Notes under the pieces: model-generated
What the model was told of the DNA's origin: nothing
Database searches by the model: none
The model's input: the letters and a program-made list of their open reading frames with translations, nothing else
Part shown: positions 39,190-46,492 of the stretch, piece by piece
Layout: every line of letters starts with the position of its first letter
Numbering within the stretch: the first letter of the stretch is position 1
Program-made: the position numbers and the translations under genes
Source of the DNA: Candidatus Brockarchaeota archaeon
GTDB lineage: Archaea > Thermoproteota > EX4484-205 > JAAOZO01
NCBI GenBank assembly: GCA_017601145.1
Contig: JAFNIV010000006.1
Coordinates: forward strand, 479-64,478
Reading direction: 5' to 3'
DNA length: 64,000 bases

Positions 39190-39705
39190 TTGAGCGTAAT
39201 GCCTAAACCATTTATACTGTACGTGAGCAAGAGATTCCTCGACAGATCCTCTAAAACTTTTGGTTTGGGATTAATCGTTAGAAAACCATTAGTAGAAATG
39301 CTCAAGAGGATGAACGTCTCGTTTAAGGAACTTGATAGAGATGAGGCCAAAGCAGCTCTTGATAGGATTGCCGAAACAAGTAGCATAACGATTACAACTA
39401 GACAGCTTATAAAAAATTTAGCATTTGCGTTCTTCCTACCAACAAGCATTTTTATTGCTACTTTGAAAAAGGTGTTCTATAGGTCTGGAGTTGAAACTGA
39501 AGACAGCATAATACTCGAGTTCCTCGTAGAAATACCAAGAATGTTTAAGCCAACACTTTTCTATGATATGTGGCTAATCGTGCCAAAGACTGAAGTTGGA
39601 GAAACAAACACAAAACAACTGATTAAAACTAGTAGAAAAAACTGGAACCACGCCACTAACAGAAGAGGAGTGGGAAAATCTCCAACCAATTATAGAAAAA
39701 CTTAG
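39190..39705 (+). CDS. Hypothetical protein, apparently interrupted by a 1-nt frameshift (the coding signal continues in the +1 frame to 39772)
   Basis: 171-aa ORF. After the A6 run at 39636..39641 the +1 frame reads TGTTPLTEEEWENLQPIIEKLRGKLDVKGVTENLWKTLETKSP*. This looks more protein-like than the frame-0 tail NWNHATNRRGVGKSPTNYRKT*. Confidence 0.45.
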   Translation: MSVMPKPFILYVSKRFLDRSSKTFGLGLIVRKPLVEMLKRMNVSFKELDRDEAKAALDRIAETSSITITTRQLIKNLAFAFFLPTSIFIATLKKVFYRSGVETEDSIILEFLVEIPRMFKPTLFYDMWLIVPKTEVGETNTKQLIKTSRKNWNHATNRRGVGKSPTNYRKT

Positions 39706-39882
39706 GGGGAAGTTAGACGTAAAAGGTGTAACAGAAAACCTCTGGAAAACTCTTGAAACAAAGTCTCCTTAGTTACCGTTCTGTTAAGAGAAATCCTTTG
39801 TAAGTAAAACAGAAAAAAATACAATTGTTAGCGCTTCTTTGCTACTTTGTATTCAAAACAGTAAGGTAGATTTGAGCTTAAC

Positions 39883-40170
39883 AGTGAAACATAAGGGTTC
39901 TGAGTTAAGTAGAGATAGATGATGTTTCATTCCTACTCAACCCTTCCCCCTCGATTACTTCATCGAGGGCTCTTTGGGTGAACCCTTCTCCCCGCATCTG
40001 AAGGTTCAATACTGCTACAACGTCTCTATCTTTGCATTTCATTATCCTGCCCTCATAGGAAGCCATGCTTCCAGAACAGAGAGGGCGTAAGAGTTCTTCT
40101 TCTATCAAAGAGTTAAGGGAGTTAGACCACTACTTAAACATTTCTATTTTGAAACTGCTGAAGAGGCATC
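39883..40170 (-). mobile_element. MITE-like GC-rich repeat, copy B, inverted relative to copy A, with a TnpB C-terminus-like frame (39905..40108)
   Basis: Its reverse complement aligns to 36565..36820 with about 8 substitutions in the ORF-like part and a net 24-nt insertion near the 3' end (manual alignment). Confidence 0.55.
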
Positions 40171-40178
40171 TCAGAGCG

Positions 40179-41450
40179 CTATTTCAAATTGTAAATATCA
40201 ATCGCATTTTTATATAGTAAATTTTCTGCAACTTCAACAGCTAAATCTTTGCTAAAGTATTCTCTTTCCACTAAGTTAGTTAAGGTTATAGCTAGCTGAT
40301 ACTTTGTAAGCTGAGCTTTTCCATAGCTCCACTCTGGTACATAAGCATCACTAAAGAATGCACACCATTTATTCATTGGGAGCATCTGCAGTTTCTCAAC
40401 TGTTCTTTCTTCCATTATTGAAGGATAGTAAGAGTACCACCAAAATCCAGAAGAGAATACATTTGGGTAGTTTTTAGTTACAACATCGATTTCATGAGTT
40501 TGAACTTTACTTGCAGAAATTAAATCAAATTTAACTTCTTTGTACTTATGAAACAAAGAACAAAGTGAAAGTAACTGTTTTGGTTCATTAACAACAATAG
40601 CATAGTCAGGAGGGGAAGCTCCAACCACAGGCCTTTCCACACTTAACATCAACTGGAAAGTAACTTTACTATCTTTCAACAACTTAAGAAATTCGTTTAC
40701 AACGAAAGACAAGAGATAAACTTTTCCTTCAAAGCTAAGTTGCTTTCCTGACTTTACCTTACTTATGGTATCATCAACTTGTTTTTCCTCATAGTCTTCT
40801 AAAATTAGCTCACTTGGATTCAAGCTAATAGCTACAGAAGAAAGCTTGTTCTTAAACTTCTCAAAAACGATACTTATTCCTTCTCTTAAATCTTTTGAAT
40901 TTTTTACTTCTAACGAAAAGACCTCTTCAAGTTTTCTCAGATCTTCTAAAGAAATATCCTTAGAAAGTTTTTCTATTCTCAATGAGCCAGTAAAGAACGA
41001 GCTATCAAACGTTGTGTTTATATCTGAAAATTGAAGAGTAAGGAAAGCTTTCTTTATCTTTACTTTTTCTTTAAGAAAGTTAACTCCGTTTAAGTTTTTC
41101 TCAAAAGCTTGGAACCTTTCCTGAAGTTTATTAAAAGTATTTTCACTTAGTTCCTCATCGAAATTAAACAATTTTGAAAGAATTCTTTTTAATGCCCAAA
41201 AAGTAGAAGTGTTTTTTATATTTTTTAAGAAAGGTAAACTCCTTCTTACTCTTTCATCTGGATCTTTGATGCTTAGTATTTCTTGTGGCATTCCAGAAGT
41301 AACAAGTTCAGTAGCTATGTAGTGGTACAAAACTACTTCAGATAGATCATTTGATTTTAACTGAAGAGGATTTAGGTGGGTATGAATATCAACTATTGGA
41401 ATATCCTCCAATTCATTGCGAATTTTTTTAAAAGTATTTTCTTGACTCAT
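40179..41450 (-). CDS. Uronate isomerase-like / amidohydrolase-superfamily protein
   Basis: The N-terminal IPIVDIHTHLNP motif resembles the UxaC PI-x-D-x-H-x-HL motif. 423 aa. Confidence 0.55.
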   Translation of the reverse strand: MSQENTFKKIRNELEDIPIVDIHTHLNPLQLKSNDLSEVVLYHYIATELVTSGMPQEILSIKDPDERVRRSLPFLKNIKNTSTFWALKRILSKLFNFDEELSENTFNKLQERFQAFEKNLNGVNFLKEKVKIKKAFLTLQFSDINTTFDSSFFTGSLRIEKLSKDISLEDLRKLEEVFSLEVKNSKDLREGISIVFEKFKNKLSSVAISLNPSELILEDYEEKQVDDTISKVKSGKQLSFEGKVYLLSFVVNEFLKLLKDSKVTFQLMLSVERPVVGASPPDYAIVVNEPKQLLSLCSLFHKYKEVKFDLISASKVQTHEIDVVTKNYPNVFSSGFWWYSYYPSIMEERTVEKLQMLPMNKWCAFFSDAYVPEWSYGKAQLTKYQLAITLTNLVEREYFSKDLAVEVAENLLYKNAIDIYNLK

Positions 41451-41514
41451 AATAAGGAGAAGGATGCCTTAAAGCTTATAAAGTTTTTTTCTTGGTTAAG
41501 TTTAAGTAATAAAG

Positions 41515-42312
41515 ATGAACTGGAAAATTGCTGTTTGTATGAAAATAAGCGAAGAAAATTTAAAAATGCTTTCAGAAGTTGGAATAAAAAGTATAGAAAT
41601 TCCTGGATCCTTGCAACTTAATCCATTTAATGTTTCAAAAGAAGAACTAAAGAAGATAAAAGAACTTTCAAAAAGTTATGGTATAGAAATAGTGGCTTCT
41701 AATGTTATTTATCCACCAGATCTCTCTCATGTATCTAATGATGAATCATTAAGAAAGAAAAGTATAGAGTACACATACAAAATTGCAGAAGCAGCTTCAG
41801 AAGTCGATTGCCCAATCTTAGTTTGGGGTTCTGGAAGAGCTAGAAAAATATTACCAGAAGTATCTCCAGAAAAAGGCTATGAAAGAAACTTACAAGTTTT
41901 GAGAGAAGCAGCAAAAGCGGGAGAAGATTTTAATGTTACTTTTGCTATAGAGCCACTACCAAAAAACGAAACAAACTTCATAAATACAATAGAAGAAGCA
42001 TTAAAGATTGTTAAAGCTATCAACTCTGACTTTTTAAAAATAATAGCTGATGTAAGACATATGATTAGAGAAGAGCGTGATTTAGTAGAATCTTTAAGAT
42101 TAGCTAAAGAAGATATCGTTCATGTGCATCTGGCAGATAACAATAGTAAAGTTCCTGGAAGAGGAATAATTAACTTTACAAAACTTTTCGAAGTATTTAA
42201 AGAAATAGGATATAATAGAGCGATGTCGATAGAAGCGATGCTAGGAGAAAATCCAAAAGAAGAACTAAAATTTACATTGGAATTCTTAGAAAGAGTAACT
42301 TCCAACTTGTAA
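41515..42312 (+). CDS. Sugar phosphate isomerase/epimerase (xylose isomerase-like TIM barrel)
   Basis: 265 aa. FAIEPLP, HVHLADNN and SIEAM contexts typical of the family. Confidence 0.75.
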   Translation: MNWKIAVCMKISEENLKMLSEVGIKSIEIPGSLQLNPFNVSKEELKKIKELSKSYGIEIVASNVIYPPDLSHVSNDESLRKKSIEYTYKIAEAASEVDCPILVWGSGRARKILPEVSPEKGYERNLQVLREAAKAGEDFNVTFAIEPLPKNETNFINTIEEALKIVKAINSDFLKIIADVRHMIREERDLVESLRLAKEDIVHVHLADNNSKVPGRGIINFTKLFEVFKEIGYNRAMSIEAMLGENPKEELKFTLEFLERVTSNL

Positions 42313-42314
42313 GT

Positions 42315-43187
42315 TTATTTTATTCTTGATATTACTTCTAACAAGCCTTGCATCGTAACGTAAGATGCAACATAAGCACCAGAACTAAATTCTTTTCCTC
42401 CAGGCAATTTTATTTGCGCTTCTTCGAGATCCTTTGTCATTCTCCAATGAGTTTCTAATGATATGTAGCCGGAGTAACTAACTTCTTTTAAAGCTCTTAA
42501 ATTTTCTTCTATTTTTGCCTGACCTTTTCCTATTTTTAGGAATCTTACCTTAGAATTTTCTCTTACTCCATCTTTTAAATGTACATGAGCAATCATTCCT
42601 CTTACATGGTTGAAACCAACAGGATAAGGGTTCTCTTGCTCTTCCTCGTCCATAAGATCGTTTCCCGGATCCCAAAGTGCTCTAACAGTTTTTGTGTTTA
42701 ATGAATTGATGAAATCAGCTAGCATTCTTCCATTTCCAACAAAAGTAGAAGGTTCATTTTCCACCACTATTGTAGTACTATAATCATCTGCCAACTCAAT
42801 TATTTTTTCAAATTTTTTTATAATTTTTTCTTTGTAATCTTCGTACTTTCCCTTTTTCCAGAATGTGAATGATCTAACTAACTTTGTGTCAAGATAACTT
42901 GCTAACTCTAATGCATCCTTAAATATAGCAATATGTTTCTCATATTCTTCTCTTGAGTCTACATCACATTTAAACGTCGGTGCTGCAATAGCAGAAACTT
43001 TTAAGTTGTTTTCTTCAAGGAATTTCTTTAAAGTAACTTTTTCTTCTAGAATTTCTGGAAATCCTTTGTTTAAAATTGTCCTTATTTCTATTGCTTCTAC
43101 GTTAAAATTTTTTGCAAACTCTTCTATTTCCTCTAAATTTTGAGAGACTTCATCAGTTATAAAAGAAAGCTTAAAGGCATAGTTCAT
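42315..43187 (-). CDS. Sugar phosphate isomerase/epimerase (xylose isomerase-like TIM barrel)
   Basis: 290 aa. VVENEP, HVHLKDG and SLETHW contexts. Confidence 0.75.
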   Translation of the reverse strand: MNYAFKLSFITDEVSQNLEEIEEFAKNFNVEAIEIRTILNKGFPEILEEKVTLKKFLEENNLKVSAIAAPTFKCDVDSREEYEKHIAIFKDALELASYLDTKLVRSFTFWKKGKYEDYKEKIIKKFEKIIELADDYSTTIVVENEPSTFVGNGRMLADFINSLNTKTVRALWDPGNDLMDEEEQENPYPVGFNHVRGMIAHVHLKDGVRENSKVRFLKIGKGQAKIEENLRALKEVSYSGYISLETHWRMTKDLEEAQIKLPGGKEFSSGAYVASYVTMQGLLEVISRIK

Positions 43188-43201
43188 TCTTTAAAGCACC
43201 A

Positions 43202-44248
43202 TTACTCCACAAGCGGAAAACTTACTTTACTTCCTGTTTTGTGAGCTTTATAAATTGCAAGAACAATTTCTAATGCCTTTCTCCCTTCTTCTCCAGTTAC
43301 ATAAGGTGTCTTGTCTTCTACTATTGATCTTAAGAAATCTTCAATGACTCCATCGTGCCCTACTGAAGGAGTTAGAGTCTCTTCCTTTTCTTTAACTTCA
43401 TCTATTACCTTTGATTTACCTTCCTCTTCCCATTGCTTTACAATCTTTAAGTCGCTTCCAACTATAACAGATTTTTTACTTCCATAAATTCCAAGCCAGT
43501 TTTCCTGTGGTCTCAAAGCAACACTTCCTAGAATCGTTCCAAGAGCACCATTCTTGAACTTCAATGTTGCAACTGCTAGGTCTTCTACTTCTATGTTATG
43601 AGTTCTTGTGTCATAGATTGCGTAAAGATAGTCAACTGGCCCCATTATCCATTGCAATAGGTCAATTGTATGAATTGATTGGTTAATTAACGCACCTCCT
43701 CCTTCAGTACTCCACTTTCCACGCCAAGACCTTGCTGTTTCATCAGCATAATAGTATGAGGAGTCTTCACGGTACCATTTTACAACGGCTTCCCCATAAA
43801 TTGGAATTCCAAACTTCCCATTTTCGAACTCTTCTTTTATTTTTCTAGTATCAGGAGTAAAACGATACTGAAAAACTATTTCAAGTTTAACTCCATTTTT
43901 TTTACAAGCTCTAATCATTTCATCAGCTTGTTTTAAAGAAATTGCCATTGGCTTTTCACAAAGTACATGTTTCTTGTATTCTGCTGCTTTTGTTGTCATT
44001 TCAGCATGTAAATAGTGTGGAGTACATATGCTCACTGCATCGATTTCTGGATCTTGTAATAGTTGTTCATAGTCAGAATAAATTTTAACTCCCGAAAGAT
44101 TGAATCTTTCCGCTAGCGCTTTTGCTTTTTCAGTTTTTTTATCACAAAGTGCTACAACGTTAGCCATTCCAGACTTTAAGTAACCAGAAACATGACTTGG
44201 GGCAATTATCCCACAACCAATTATTCCGACGTTAACTTTTTTCTTCAT
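43202..44248 (-). CDS. Gfo/Idh/MocA-family oxidoreductase
   Basis: VGIIGCGIIAPSH Rossmann segment and a CEKPMA motif. 348 aa. It lies 14 nt upstream of the TIM-barrel gene. Confidence 0.85.
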   Translation of the reverse strand: MKKKVNVGIIGCGIIAPSHVSGYLKSGMANVVALCDKKTEKAKALAERFNLSGVKIYSDYEQLLQDPEIDAVSICTPHYLHAEMTTKAAEYKKHVLCEKPMAISLKQADEMIRACKKNGVKLEIVFQYRFTPDTRKIKEEFENGKFGIPIYGEAVVKWYREDSSYYYADETARSWRGKWSTEGGGALINQSIHTIDLLQWIMGPVDYLYAIYDTRTHNIEVEDLAVATLKFKNGALGTILGSVALRPQENWLGIYGSKKSVIVGSDLKIVKQWEEEGKSKVIDEVKEKEETLTPSVGHDGVIEDFLRSIVEDKTPYVTGEEGRKALEIVLAIYKAHKTGSKVSFPLVE

Positions 44249-44665
44249 CGCTATTTCGAAGTAAGTAGAGTATATCCCATCTTTATAAAATTTTGCGTTT
44301 ACGGACTAAAGTTGAGGTATTCTAGGCTCTAAGTAATTTTCGATTCTTTTCGTATTAGAACTAATAAATTTACAGAAAACTATTTATAGGATAATATGTA
44401 AAGACATATTTTGTGGTAAGCTTTAAAGTTACATAATGTAAAGTTGTGCGGTAAAATTTTACTAAAATTTTAGCAGAAACTTTCTAGCGCCATTAGGCCT
44501 ACGATGATTTTATGCTTTATGGGGAACCAGTTTGCCAAGTTCCATGGTGAGTATTCCTTGCATTCATCGTTGGGGCATTCGAGGTAAATGTAGCCATACT
44601 TTTTTACGCAGAAGAATTTAAAACAGACATTATGAAGGTTCCAGTAGAAGTTGTTCAAAGAATTT

Positions 44666-45472
44666 TTAAATCGGATACGGTTTAAGCCACTTATATCTCT
44701 GAACCTGTAATTTGGGGAGCGACCACGAGACCTCCGTTCCTCTGTTAACGTCATATTGTGAGATTTCTCGAATTTCTTTGTTTTCAAGATTAATGACTGT
44801 GTATACTCTCCATGAATTCCAAAATGAAGGGACACCATTTACAAGATATTTGCCAGTAACATAACCACCACGAATTATAAGCTTTGGTTTTATTGAGCTC
44901 ACGGCAAGAATATTCTCACCATGCATTATAACTATATCCACTTTTCCCTTACACGCATTAATTAGTGATTTGAGTATTCTAAGATAGTGTGTTTCATTAA
45001 ATCCTAACCCCAAAAAGCGCATGCCGCATGTGTTAACAATTTTACCTGATATCTCCTTACATTCACGTATCTTATTTATTCTTTCAGGAACGTAATCCCC
45101 TTCAAAATCTTCATCGTGATTGCCCCTTATCACAAGCACCTGGGATTTTTTGCCAGCATGTTTTAAAAATTGGTAAAATCTATTAACGTGAAGTTTCTTT
45201 CTAGTTTCATGAAATTTTTTGGTATTTACGTATTTTTCTTTTAGCGAATTCAATAAATCAGCATTCCATTTGTTACCGAACTTTCTCATTAATTCTCTTT
45301 CTTCTTTTAGAAATCCTGGTATATTTTCTTCAAACCATTCAGAGCACCAAAAACAAGCAAAACCATCAGAAGTTAGATCACCTGCAAGGACTATAACATC
45401 TGGTTTAATTTCATCGACTATTTTTTCATACCCTTCCCATCTTACCACATCTGAAATTGCTAGTATTTTCAT
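44666..45472 (-). CDS. Metallophosphoesterase (calcineurin-like). The C-terminus is possibly extended by the overlapping frame 44470..44838.
   Basis: ILAISD, AGDLTSDG, RGNHDED and VIMHGE motifs. 268 aa. Confidence 0.7.
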   Translation of the reverse strand: MKILAISDVVRWEGYEKIVDEIKPDVIVLAGDLTSDGFACFWCSEWFEENIPGFLKEERELMRKFGNKWNADLLNSLKEKYVNTKKFHETRKKLHVNRFYQFLKHAGKKSQVLVIRGNHDEDFEGDYVPERINKIRECKEISGKIVNTCGMRFLGLGFNETHYLRILKSLINACKGKVDIVIMHGENILAVSSIKPKLIIRGGYVTGKYLVNGVPSFWNSWRVYTVINLENKEIREISQYDVNRGTEVSWSLPKLQVQRYKWLKPYPI

Positions 45473-46257
45473 TTATGTAAAAATTGGTGGAAATGGTTTA
45501 AAGATTTATTCGTTTTATGACCATCAGAATGTAAGTAAACTCTAGCACCAGAACTTCTTACCTTTTGAAATATTTTCTTGTAAGAAGGAAATATAAACTT
45601 TCTGAATGTTTTCTCGCTTATTGGCATCCTATCTTGTAAGCCTAAGTCATCTCCAAAAGTTACAATATCAACATTAAGTTTAGCTATCCTTTCAACAAGT
45701 GCTAAATTGTAGTTTGTAACAATTTCAATTAGTTTTTCAAGTCCAGTAGGTTCCAAGACAAAGTCCTTCATTAAGTTAGTGAAGCCTCTTAGATAATGCA
45801 ACCTCATGAAGAAAAAACCATGTGGAAAACTAACAACTGAAAGCTCTTTTTTCTCTTTCGCTAACTTAACTGAAGATTCGATGACCTCCCAACTTGTAGG
45901 TTTTCCGTAAGCACCTGCAATGCCTTTTTCTGGATCTGGAACCTTAAGATTGTTTAAGTTATTCCAATCTTCAAGAGGGTGCTTTATAACCTGACCATCT
46001 AGGCCACTGAAGTTGAACTTCCAAACACATCCCCAAGCATCTACAGTTGTAGTATCTTTCATTTGGATTCCAAAATCATCAAAATTTATAGTGCCTTTTT
46101 TAAATGATGGAAAAATCTTTCTGTGCTTAACTAAAATATTTTCGAGTTTTTCTCTATACTTAGACCATGTTGCCTGAAGGATGACAATATTAGAGGGAAC
46201 AAATCCGCAGCCTCTTATGTCAACTATTTTTATCATTTTACCTCTATCTAGTTTCAT
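45469..46257 (-). CDS. Uroporphyrinogen decarboxylase (URO-D)-like protein, apparently truncated at the C-terminus
   Basis: The block ..FGDDLGLQDRMPISEKTFRKFIFPSYKKIFQKVRSSGARVYLHSDGH is URO-D/MtaA-like. The ORF ends about 15 aa later, and its stop overlaps the next gene's start by 4 nt. Confidence 0.5.
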   Translation of the reverse strand: MKLDRGKMIKIVDIRGCGFVPSNIVILQATWSKYREKLENILVKHRKIFPSFKKGTINFDDFGIQMKDTTTVDAWGCVWKFNFSGLDGQVIKHPLEDWNNLNNLKVPDPEKGIAGAYGKPTSWEVIESSVKLAKEKKELSVVSFPHGFFFMRLHYLRGFTNLMKDFVLEPTGLEKLIEIVTNYNLALVERIAKLNVDIVTFGDDLGLQDRMPISEKTFRKFIFPSYKKIFQKVRSSGARVYLHSDGHKTNKSLNHFHQFLHK

Positions 46258-46492
46258 TTTAGTTTTTAGATACGATTAGTAACAACTAATATTTAATTCT
46301 TTAAAAACGACTCTTAACTTAATACTACTATCTTTATAGAAACAGAAACTTAAGGATTTTATCGTCTCTTTAGTTCTTTTAAAAATGTTAAAATTACATC
46401 GTAACTATGCAATTTTAAACAATTTTGATCTTGAGACGATAGTTTTTTACGTTGAAAAATTTTAATATTCTTTTGCTAACGTAGAAGTAAAG

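Noticed and set aside
39177-39449. 90-aa minus-strand ORF overlapping the 5' half of 39190..39705
   Set aside because: The plus-strand frame is longer and looks more protein-like. The minus frame is a hydrophobic shadow. Neither has homology support, so only the plus-strand ORF was listed, at low confidence.
41376-41621. 81-aa plus-strand ORF spanning the 40179..41450 / 41515..42312 junction
   Set aside because: It overlaps the 5' end of the uronate-isomerase-like gene in antisense. It also overlaps the start of the TIM-barrel gene in a different frame. The two flanking calls explain the region.
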